From NCBI GenBank assembly GCA_963676615.1, contig OY781092.1:768001-832000 (forward strand): a stretch of DNA of 64,000 nucleotides. Direction: 5' to 3'. A model generated the notes under the pieces. That model saw only the letters and a program-made list of their open reading frames with translations. It did not search any database and had not been told where the DNA came from. Source of the DNA: Candidatus Cloacimonadota bacterium. Lineage in GTDB: Bacteria > Cloacimonadota > Cloacimonadia > G963667145. Within the stretch, counting starts at the first letter, position 1. Each line of letters starts with the position of its first letter. Made by a program: the position numbers and the translations under genes. Positions 19,403 through 28,600 of the stretch are shown here, in pieces.

Positions 19403-20719
19403 TTAGTTAAAATTTAAATCCCTGCTAAAAGACAAACCCCAAAAAAAATCTTTGTAGGCGTAAAAAGTTTTGTAACTTTTATTCAAGTTTATCCCCTTAT
19501 TACTTACCACAAAAGCTATTTTGTTATTTTTTGCGGGTTCGTAGCCGATTTTAAAAATGCAAAACGGATACAAAATTCCCGCAAATTCGTCGGGCTTGAC
19601 ATAGTTCAAATCGAAATCCACGCTAGCGAAAAACGGCTCAAACCGCCGCAAATACTCGCCTTGCAAGCTCACTCCCCAAACATCGGTCTTCAAGATTTTT
19701 TCTTTTTGACCTTCTGTATAAACGCCCTGATATTCGCTAAAAACCGCCAATTGCGAAAACGGATTTTTGTAGGCAGACAGCGGGTAAAGCTCGTTGCCAA
19801 TCGTGTTTGCGCCCTGTGTTTTCTCTAAATCGATATAATCGACATCGTTTTTCAGACCGCTCAAAAAATTTTCTTCGTAATATCGTCCCTCTAGGCGAAA
19901 ATTTAGCTCCGATTTTGAGCGATTTTGGGCGAACTTTCCACCCAAAAGATAAGCTCCCGAACGATTGTCGAACCCTCTGTTTCCCGCAGAAAAGTAACCG
20001 CTCCAAGATTTTGCCCAGTAAAATTCCGAGCCGAGCGTCCAAACCAGCTTGGATTTGACAGTGTCCATATCGCCCAAACATTTGCCCATCGAGACGCTTG
20101 AGTGGCTGCTATACTCCGAGGTGCTGTCTCCAAAATTCAGCGCCAAAGTGTGCACAAACAGGTCGTCCGTGCGCAAACCGACGCTCCTCACCAAGTCGGC
20201 AACCCAAAAATATTTATAAGAAATCGCCTCCGATAGCTCAAACTCAGCCTCGATTCCACGCACATCTTGATTAAAAAGATACAGCCCCTGATTCAGCCGA
20301 TAATCGTCGAAATCGCCCATCTTTAGGCGAAAGTCGAAATCGGAAAAAAGCTGCTTCTCCAGTCGAAAAAATCCGCTGGGATAGACAAAAATGTTGTCCG
20401 ACGAGCGGTCGCCATAGGAGGCTCCGCGGTGCTCTCCGACAAGATTTGCCCACAAGATAATCCCTGGTGCGACATCAGTTTTTGTCCGAAATTTCAGCCA
20501 AGTAACGCCGTGGCTCAGCGGCTGCTCCGATCCGTAATTATCCTGCTTCCAATTATTTTTGTTGTAAAGCCGCGTCAAAACCTGCGATTTGTAATACGAG
20601 GGGTCGTCCGAGACATTCAGATATTCATACCAAGCGTCCACCAAAAATTTTGTCTGGGCGCTCAAAATTCCAAAGCCAAGAAGCAAAAAAAGGTTAGCTG
20701 TTCGTAGCCAAAATCTCAT
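19403..20719 (-). CDS. Hypothetical secreted protein, probable outer-membrane beta-barrel
   Basis: Signal peptide, aromatic-rich amphipathic strands and C-terminal FFWGLSFSRDLNFN. Confidence 0.6.
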   Translation of the reverse strand: MRFWLRTANLFLLLGFGILSAQTKFLVDAWYEYLNVSDDPSYYKSQVLTRLYNKNNWKQDNYGSEQPLSHGVTWLKFRTKTDVAPGIILWANLVGEHRGASYGDRSSDNIFVYPSGFFRLEKQLFSDFDFRLKMGDFDDYRLNQGLYLFNQDVRGIEAEFELSEAISYKYFWVADLVRSVGLRTDDLFVHTLALNFGDSTSEYSSHSSVSMGKCLGDMDTVKSKLVWTLGSEFYWAKSWSGYFSAGNRGFDNRSGAYLLGGKFAQNRSKSELNFRLEGRYYEENFLSGLKNDVDYIDLEKTQGANTIGNELYPLSAYKNPFSQLAVFSEYQGVYTEGQKEKILKTDVWGVSLQGEYLRRFEPFFASVDFDLNYVKPDEFAGILYPFCIFKIGYEPAKNNKIAFVVSNKGINLNKSYKTFYAYKDFFWGLSFSRDLNFN

Positions 20720-21833
20720 CGTAAACTTGCCGATTGACCTCTAAAATCTGCTCCAAACTCGGCGAAGCGACATTTTTCAGAGCGTCCAACTGCCCACAAA
20801 CAACCGAGCAAATTTCGGTGAATTTTATCTTTTTTTGCAAAAACAACAAGACCGCCGCTTCCGAAGCGCTATTGAGCACAGTCGGCGCCAATCCGCCATC
20901 TTTGCCTGCTTGCACTCCCGCAAAAAACAACGGAAATCTCGCCTTTTCTATCGGCTCAAAACTCAAGTTGCCGAGCTCGAAAAGATTGGTCTGCACGCCG
21001 TCGTCCAAAAAGCGCTCGGGATGCGAAAACGCATACAAAATCGGCAAAGTCATCGACGGGCTGCTCATCTGCGCCAAAATCGAGCCGTCCAAGCATTCCA
21101 CCATCGAATGCACTATCGACTGCCGATGAATCACAGGCACAATCTGCTGATAGCTCGTGCCAAAAAGATGCTGGGCTTCGATCACCTCCAGCGCCTTGTT
21201 CAGCATCGTGGCAGAATCAATCGAAATCTTGTTACCCATACTCCAGGTAGGATGCGCCAGCGCGTCCTCGACCTTGATGTCGGCAAAAGTTCCCAAAGGC
21301 CTGTCCAAAAACGGACCACCCGAAGCAGTCAGATAAATTTTTTTGATCGCCGCATAATCTTGACCGTGCATCGCCTGAAAAATCGCCGAATGCTCGCTAT
21401 CCACGGGCAAAAGTTTGCTTCCCGAAATTTTCAGCTTCTCTTTGACCAAATCGCCAGCCATCACCAGCGTCTCTTTGTTCGCCAGCGCCAAATCGACGCC
21501 TTTTTCCACACTCGCCAGAGAAAATTCCAAGCCAGCCGAGCCAGAAATCGCGTTGAGTAAAATGTCGAACTCTTGCTCGGCGATTAGCGACAGCAAACTT
21601 TGCTTACCATAATAAACCCGCACGCCTTGCGGCACATCGCACTCTGCCTTGCTCACACCAGTCAAAACGACATTAGGAATTTTGAACTCAGCCGCATACT
21701 CAAAAAGTTTTTGGCTATCACGATGAGCCGATGCCAGCACCACCGAGAACTTATCGGAATGCGCCCGCACGACCGTCGCCGCAGATTGCCCAATCGAGCC
21801 GCTAAACCCGAGAATCGCCACCTTTTTCATCAC
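20694..21833 (-). CDS. dxr: 1-deoxy-D-xylulose-5-phosphate reductoisomerase
   Basis: LGFSGSIG, LALANKETLV, LPVDSEHSAIFQ, TASGGPF, HPTWSMGNKISIDSAT. Confidence 0.96.
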   Translation of the reverse strand: MMKKVAILGFSGSIGQSAATVVRAHSDKFSVVLASAHRDSQKLFEYAAEFKIPNVVLTGVSKAECDVPQGVRVYYGKQSLLSLIAEQEFDILLNAISGSAGLEFSLASVEKGVDLALANKETLVMAGDLVKEKLKISGSKLLPVDSEHSAIFQAMHGQDYAAIKKIYLTASGGPFLDRPLGTFADIKVEDALAHPTWSMGNKISIDSATMLNKALEVIEAQHLFGTSYQQIVPVIHRQSIVHSMVECLDGSILAQMSSPSMTLPILYAFSHPERFLDDGVQTNLFELGNLSFEPIEKARFPLFFAGVQAGKDGGLAPTVLNSASEAAVLLFLQKKIKFTEICSVVCGQLDALKNVASPSLEQILEVNRQVYDEILATNS

Positions 21834-22276
21834 ACCCCCTTGAGCGCTCTGGCGGTGTCCCGCTTGATATCGTTCTGCTTAATCGTCTGCCGTTTGTCGT
21901 GCAATTTTTTCCCTTTCGCAAGGCTGATAGTGATTTTGGCGAGTCCCTTTCCGTTGATATAAATTTTTTTGGGAACTATCGTAAGCCCCTGCTCAGCCGT
22001 CTTTTTTTCCAGCTTCCGAATCTCTTTTTTCGTCAGCAAAAGTTTTCGTTTGCGTAGCGGCTCGTGATTAAAAAAACTGGCAGTTTTGTGTGGCGAGATG
22101 TGCAGCCCAGAGAGCCAAACTTCGCCTTTTTCCAGATGAGCATACGCGTCCAAAAAATTCAGCTTGCCCTCTCGAATCGACTTGATTTCCGTGCCCAAAA
22201 GTTGAATGCCTGCCTCGAAATCTTCCAGAAAAAAGAAGTTGTGATACGCCTTTTTGTTTTTAATATTGGTCATCAT
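21830..22276 (-). CDS. smpB: SsrA-binding protein
   Basis: NKKAYHNF, EAGIQLLGTEIKSIR, RKLLL, KGKKLHDKR. Confidence 0.96.
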   Translation of the reverse strand: MMTNIKNKKAYHNFFFLEDFEAGIQLLGTEIKSIREGKLNFLDAYAHLEKGEVWLSGLHISPHKTASFFNHEPLRKRKLLLTKKEIRKLEKKTAEQGLTIVPKKIYINGKGLAKITISLAKGKKLHDKRQTIKQNDIKRDTARALKGV

Positions 22277-23588
22277 TTTGCGAGGCGATGGGAATCTCTC
22301 TCTTTTTGGTCAAAGTTGGTCTGGATTTGAAAACATCAAACCCGATAAATCCGATAGACAGTTTAAATTCCTGCTCGTTATAGCCGTTATCCGCTTTCGA
22401 GCCGCGCGTGGAGTATTCCAAAGCAACACTCGCTCTGGCTTCTCCCGCATCAGCCACAGGAATGTCAAATCCAGCGGTAATTCCGTGCTCAACAAGCCGA
22501 TGATCCTGCACCTTAAACGGAAACTCCTTGCGATAATATCCAAAGCGGAACGGAAAGTTCCAATACCACGGATCGATGTCCATATCGTAGGCAAGACCGA
22601 TGCCGAAATTAAAAGTGTTATCCATCTTCTCGTCCGCAAAAAACGAGCTCGCCTTCCAAATTTGGTAGTCGGCGTCCAAACTTAGCTTCCAATTTTCGTC
22701 GAATTTATAGGTAAAACCTACTCCAAAAATCTCGGGCAGATTTATGCTCTCCCGCTTTTTGTTATTCACAATGGTGCTATCTTTGTAGGTGTAGGCAGAA
22801 TCTTTGCCAATCGTCGAGCCTTGCGTGTATTTGTAAACCTCAAAAATCGTCGATGTGTTGCTAAATTCGTTGTCGCCGCTCAGCTTCACCGCTGGATAGT
22901 AGTAGGCTCCCAGCGAAAAATTCTCGAACTCCTTGGAAACGCCGATATTGTAGCTAAACGCCTTCGACTCGAAATCTTCGGAAACGGTGTGAACAGAGTC
23001 TAGCCGCTGCGTCACCACATCGTTTGTGTCATGAACAGCAAATTTGTCTTTGTCTGTGTAAATCTGATCGCTCTGCGCCGAACCGACATAGTAGCTGCCG
23101 CCAACACCGATATTGAACCACGGCGTTTTGCGGTCATAAACCAACCCAACTTTGTAAAAATCACTAAAAAACTCCTCTTTGTTGTCCGCTAGGCTAAATT
23201 CGTAGTCGCCCGAGTATCCCGAGGCAAAATCAAAAGCGAAGAAATTTTGACCTATGGGAATAACGATGTTAAAAAACGGCAAGTCGTATTCCCGAGAACG
23301 CGACAATTCCAGCTCGTCGTCGCTCTGCTTGAAATATCGCCAACCAGCAGAAAGTCCCGTGGAAAATTTCACATTGCTGGTCGTGGCTGCCACCGACGGA
23401 TTTTGCAAACAGGGGTTGAACCGAAACAGATCCGCAGAGCCAGAATAGCCCATACCAGCCGAGTAAATATCCAAGCCCAAATTTTGCTTGGTAAAACCTT
23501 TTTTACTGAAAGGCGAGGCAGCAAACGCACCGCCGAACAAGGTCAAAAACAGTAACAGGAACAAAAATTTTTTCAAAACAATTCTCAC
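22260..23588 (-). CDS. Outer-membrane beta-barrel protein (FadL/PorV-like)
   Basis: Signal peptide, AGMGYSG...NPS N-terminal motif, LPEIFGVG, DADYQIW and beta-strand periodicity. Confidence 0.7.
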   Translation of the reverse strand: MRIVLKKFLFLLLFLTLFGGAFAASPFSKKGFTKQNLGLDIYSAGMGYSGSADLFRFNPCLQNPSVAATTSNVKFSTGLSAGWRYFKQSDDELELSRSREYDLPFFNIVIPIGQNFFAFDFASGYSGDYEFSLADNKEEFFSDFYKVGLVYDRKTPWFNIGVGGSYYVGSAQSDQIYTDKDKFAVHDTNDVVTQRLDSVHTVSEDFESKAFSYNIGVSKEFENFSLGAYYYPAVKLSGDNEFSNTSTIFEVYKYTQGSTIGKDSAYTYKDSTIVNNKKRESINLPEIFGVGFTYKFDENWKLSLDADYQIWKASSFFADEKMDNTFNFGIGLAYDMDIDPWYWNFPFRFGYYRKEFPFKVQDHRLVEHGITAGFDIPVADAGEARASVALEYSTRGSKADNGYNEQEFKLSIGFIGFDVFKSRPTLTKKREIPIASQNDDQY

Positions 23589-23719
23589 TTTTTCTTAATT
23601 TGATAACGAAACTAACCTTTTTCGAGTATGCAGTTTGTCAAACAAAAACTCTTTGAGAGCAAAACCTGAACGCCCAGCGACATCGGCAATTTTGACAAAA
23701 TTTTTGCAACACTGCAAAA

Positions 23720-24004
23720 TTATTCGGGCGTCACCTGAATCACCTGCACGACTGGCAAAAGTTCTTTGGCGTCCGTTTCGCTATAAACTATCTCCACGCG
23801 TCTGCCCTGCAGCTGCAAAAGCTCGTTTCGCAACCCTTTCAGCTTAAACTTTTGCCCGTCGTCACATTTCAAAATGAAAAACGAAAAAGGCTCGTTCCCC
23901 GTAAAGACAAGCTTTCCGCTAGCTGTTTTCTTACTGCTCATTCCCAAAAGAAACACTCCCAAAATAAACAAAAAAACCGTTTTTTTTAATCTAGAATTCA
24001 TCAA
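23720..24004 (-). CDS. Small secreted hypothetical protein
   Basis: Signal-like N-terminus and G.LVFTGNEPF motif, directly downstream of the peptidase-like gene. Confidence 0.6.
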   Translation of the reverse strand: MMNSRLKKTVFLFILGVFLLGMSSKKTASGKLVFTGNEPFSFFILKCDDGQKFKLKGLRNELLQLQGRRVEIVYSETDAKELLPVVQVIQVTPE

Positions 24005-24022
24005 TACACCCTTTATTAAAAT

Positions 24023-25615
24023 CTATTTTGCGACTACTGTCAGCTCCAAATTTTTATCCAGCATTAACACATCGATCACATATTTGCCAACAGGCAAACG
24101 CTCTTTTATCTTAAAATATTTGTTCGAGTTTGCGCTAATATCCGAAGCAGAGTTTACCGCATAAACCCGTGGTGAGCCTTTGTCAAAAGCGTTAATTTCG
24201 CACAGGTTATAATCCACTCCGTTAGCGCTGCTCTCCAAATCCAGATTATAGCAAAACTCGCCGCTGCTGCCGTCGATGTCCGAGAGCAAATACGCGGCAC
24301 CCCATTTTTTCATCAAATTTGCAAAGCTCTCTCCCGTTACCTCTTCCACTGCATCAAAACTTTTCTTTTTGCTCGCATAAATTTTCTTCACAAAATCTGC
24401 ACCGCCAAACTGTCGCAAAAGATACGAACCAAGCCCGTAGTGAATTGCGTAAGAAGCTTCCAGATCTTCGCCCCAGCTGCCAACAGAATAATCGTTGCAG
24501 TTGTTTAGCTTTTCAAACCGATTGTTGTATGGCGACGAACTAAAATCACCAAAAAGCTTTTGCGCCACCAAATCTTCGACACTCATCGAAAGCAGACTCT
24601 TGAGCCAATTTTCTTGATAAACACCTTTTTTTTCAAAAAGTTGATAGGAATTTATCATATGCTGAAAATCGTAGGCGAGCCTGGAAATCGACAATCTTGG
24701 CAAAGAGTCGTCCACGCTCCAATTTCGACCGTCGCCAATTGCATAAATAGGCGCATCGAGATACAACAAAAGCCGCTCATTAGAATTTGGCACCCGTTTT
24801 TTTTTGTAAGAATTCCCTCTCCAAAAGAAGCCTAATTTGCCTTTAGCGTCATCGTCGTTACCAATATCGCAAAGCAAAATATCTATCGGCTGCTCAGCTG
24901 CAATCAACTCATTTTTGTCTCTATCTCCCCACTCTTCGCCACAAATATTGGTCACCCAATCGTAAATATCGTTATCTTCCCCTGTCTTCAAAAATTTGTC
25001 AGCCACCGCATCTACCATCGCTTGATTAACCAATCTCTTTTTCTTTCCTGTTTTCTGCCAACAATCGTCTGCCACCCAAATATTCACAGATTTTTTGCCA
25101 AATTTTGTAGGAACAGAAACTTTCTTGCGACAATGAGCGGGAATTTTTGTGGCAGGCAAAACAGAAACATCTTTAAAAAGGGCTCTTTCGCTGAGCGTAT
25201 CCTGTTTTGAAACAGAAAAAACTTTACTCTTCGCACTTTTTTTTGTTAACTTTGTTTTCTTTTTTAATCCCGTTTTACGATTTTGGGAGCCAAATCTAGC
25301 AGCAACCGAATCGCCGACAACATTAAAATCGATATCATTGCTTTTAACGCTATAATTTTGGCTCTTCACAACGCTCGTTTTGCTGGTGTTTGTAAAAACA
25401 AAATAAACATCTGTCTTTTTTTTTACATCAAAAGTCAACCTTACTTTTGCCAAATCGCCTCGATTTACAAATGCCACATTTTTATCTTCGACAACAATTG
25501 TCTGGTAAAAGACAGAGTCGGAAGAGCTAACTGCTTGGTCGTCAGAATTCGAAGACCAGCAACTCTGCAAGCTAAAAATCACTCCCAAAAAAAGTATTCG
25601 CCAAACCACTTTCAT
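24023..25615 (-). CDS. M30 (hyicolysin)-like peptidase paralog lipoprotein, catalytically degenerate
   Basis: LQSC lipobox; collinear with 40889-42526 (DNDIYDWVTNICG.EWG, QPIDILLCDI), but AHEFQHM is AYDFQHM and WLNEM is WLKSL. Confidence 0.8.
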   Translation of the reverse strand: MKVVWRILFLGVIFSLQSCWSSNSDDQAVSSSDSVFYQTIVVEDKNVAFVNRGDLAKVRLTFDVKKKTDVYFVFTNTSKTSVVKSQNYSVKSNDIDFNVVGDSVAARFGSQNRKTGLKKKTKLTKKSAKSKVFSVSKQDTLSERALFKDVSVLPATKIPAHCRKKVSVPTKFGKKSVNIWVADDCWQKTGKKKRLVNQAMVDAVADKFLKTGEDNDIYDWVTNICGEEWGDRDKNELIAAEQPIDILLCDIGNDDDAKGKLGFFWRGNSYKKKRVPNSNERLLLYLDAPIYAIGDGRNWSVDDSLPRLSISRLAYDFQHMINSYQLFEKKGVYQENWLKSLLSMSVEDLVAQKLFGDFSSSPYNNRFEKLNNCNDYSVGSWGEDLEASYAIHYGLGSYLLRQFGGADFVKKIYASKKKSFDAVEEVTGESFANLMKKWGAAYLLSDIDGSSGEFCYNLDLESSANGVDYNLCEINAFDKGSPRVYAVNSASDISANSNKYFKIKERLPVGKYVIDVLMLDKNLELTVVAK

Positions 25616-25662
25616 CTCTTCAATCGTCCCTACCAGCAAATTTCAAAAAAACTTTGCATCAA

Positions 25663-28600
25663 CTAAATCTTCTCCCACATCGCATAAAGCACAATCGGCT
25701 GGTCAAAAGTAAATGTAGAACCGACTCCATAACTCGTTCCACTCCCATCTGGGCTTGTGTTCCAGCCTGCAAAAACATAACCCTCTTTGCTCATATCGTT
25801 TTGGTTTTTGACCGTTACAGTTTGCCCAGAAGCATAAATTGTGGCATCTTCCTGGCTCCCAATTCCTCCGTTAACATTATACAGCACCCTGTTTGACGGA
25901 GCGACATAATCGGTCACATACTCCCAAGCCCAATCTACCACACCTGGCTCGTTGGTCATATTCCCGGCAAGACCTCGATAAATTTTCCCATCGTGATGCA
26001 CATATCCACCAACCTCAATCATTTTAGACGAGCTGACCCACGCTGGAATATTCAAAACTCTGACTTCGTAATCGTAGTAATCTTCGTAGCTACTATAAGA
26101 CGCCTTAACCTTGATTTTATGAACACCAAGCTCGGTGGATTTGCCCGAAATAACCCCGTTGTAGCTCATACTCATTCCCTGTGGCAATTTGCCCGAAACT
26201 ATCTCCATCTTTGCGTTTCCGCCCGTTCCAAATGCGTTTATCAACTCCAAAGCGTCTTGCGCTTCAAAATTGTAATAAACCTCCAGCATCTCCTTTCCTG
26301 TTGCAAATCCGAAATGAACCTCCTCCACAATCGCCTGAGTTGCGCTCTCGACAAACTCCCAACTGCCCTTTGCGTCCCAATCAACAGACCAAGCTGCAAA
26401 TCCGCGTGGCTTTTTGTTTAGAGAGCCCAAATTGTTCCACACCCTTTTTAGCTGCGATTCGTCCAAAGCGTAGCCTCGCATCGGGCTTTCGTCCTCACTG
26501 ATTGCATCTGCGGCGTATTTGTTTGCGGCGATATTTACCACAAATTTATCTAAATCGTAGCTTGGGTAATTTGCATCTTCTCCCGTAAAAGCCCGCGTGC
26601 AGGCAACCGCGAAATCGGCAAAACTTGTGTTATCCACGCTAATCTCGCTTCCGCCAACATTCACCGCCCAACTTCTTTGGTTATATAGCTTCGGCGCCAC
26701 ATAATCTATTCGGCTCTTAATTTCCTCGTCGTTCAGCCAGCCATAATAAAAGTTTGGCGCTTTGCACATCGGAATTTCAGGAGAAGCGGTAAACATAAAA
26801 TCGGGGTCGCTTCCGCCGCGATAATAATCAACCAACTCCGCACACGCTTCGTCCAAATAGGAGTAGTTATCGACCAAAACTTGATTGTCCGCTAGCCTTG
26901 CTTGGACAAAAATTTCGACTCCATCAAAACCGTAATTGCCGATAATTGTTTTTAGGCTAGCGACAAAAGCGTCTTTTTCGGAACTATTTGCGATGCTAAA
27001 ATGCAGCCCCTGCGTTGTGTCCCCCACGGCAATAAGCACTTTTTTGCCTGTTGCTTGTGCCGCCTGCACTGTCGCCTTGCTAAAACCAGCTGGCGCCGCA
27101 AAACTTGCCACAGAAGAGCCGTTTGTTTGCGGAATGGCAAAAGCTACACAAACAACATCGTATTCGTATGCAGGCGAGCTTGGATTGGCAAAATCACTGA
27201 ATGGAACATCTACACTTTGGACGCTTGTCCCGTCGTCCCAAACAACACCCAAATTGCCGCCATACCAATATCCTGCCACCATTTTGCCCGCTACGCTCGC
27301 ATTTATTTGCTGCCAGTTTGCATAAAGCGAAGTGTTGCTCGCCATTCTAAAACTTTCTCCTGGCATCAAATTGATTCCAGAGCCGTCGTTTTTGGTGTTC
27401 CAGCCAACAAAATTGTAACCAGACTTGCTCAATCCAGCAGCGGCTGGCAAAACAACTTCTTGATCAAAAGCGTAGTTGCCATCAGGCGGCACTGTCCCGC
27501 TTCCGCCGTTCGCATAATAGTTCAGAGAGTAGCTTTTGGCAGCCCATTTGGCATACATCGTCATATCGCCCGTTGGCGCAAATGGGAACGAAATTTTTGT
27601 GGACAAAGAAGCGTCGCTATACCAGCCTTCCAAATCGTAACCTTGTCTCACCGCTTCTGGCGACTCCATCAGCGAATCTTTTATCACCTGCATATCCGCA
27701 ATCTCCTGTCCACCATTCACATCAAACCTGATATTTCTTCTAACATAATCCCATTTCGCATAAACCGTTTTGCTCTGGGAAATAGTCAGCGGCAAAATCA
27801 CTGGATTGTAAAGACCGTTGTCCAAATACCAACCGTCAAACACTCGATTAGCTTTACTCGGCGTTGGCAAACTAGCGACCGTGTATGGAGATGCGCCAGT
27901 TATCGGCTCCACCGCGCTGCCTCCATTAACCACAAAACTCAAAATCGCATAATCGCCACTAACTGCACCAAACACCTGCAAATCCGCAAACTCGTTAAAT
28001 TGCAAATATTGCTTAGCTGGATAAAACTCTGCCCCTGGCTGAAGTGCCTCCACCGTGTAGTTCCGACCGTTCGACAAACCATTAACAATCGCCACTCCGT
28101 TCGCATCGGTAAGCCCACCGTAACTATTCCCACTAGCGTCTGTAACTTTGATCGTCACCCCTGCCAAATCTTGCCAAGTCACCGAGTTTCTAGCTCGCAC
28201 CGTTATCGCCTTGTTCACACTCGCATCCGAGTAAAACGGCAAAATAACATCCTCGCTTTCGACCTTTAATCCGCTAGAAAGCTTATGGCTATTCACAAAA
28301 TACTTGTAGTCATACTCTCCACCAGACGCAGAAATCCGCCCATAAGTCAGATAATCGCCATTGAAATTTTTCGCATCGGTATAAATCTCTTTTCCGCTTT
28401 GCCCAGCAAAAGCTTTCGCTCCACCAGACACAAAATCGTAAATCGCACCAGAATTAAAACCAACACCCATACTTATCTCTTCGCTCGCCAAAAACTCGCC
28501 GTCGTAAAAATAGGTGAAAATTTTGTCCGCCACAATATTCGGCTTCGCAAAATTCGTCGCCACAAAATCGACATTTTCATCTCTGACAATATCGACAACA

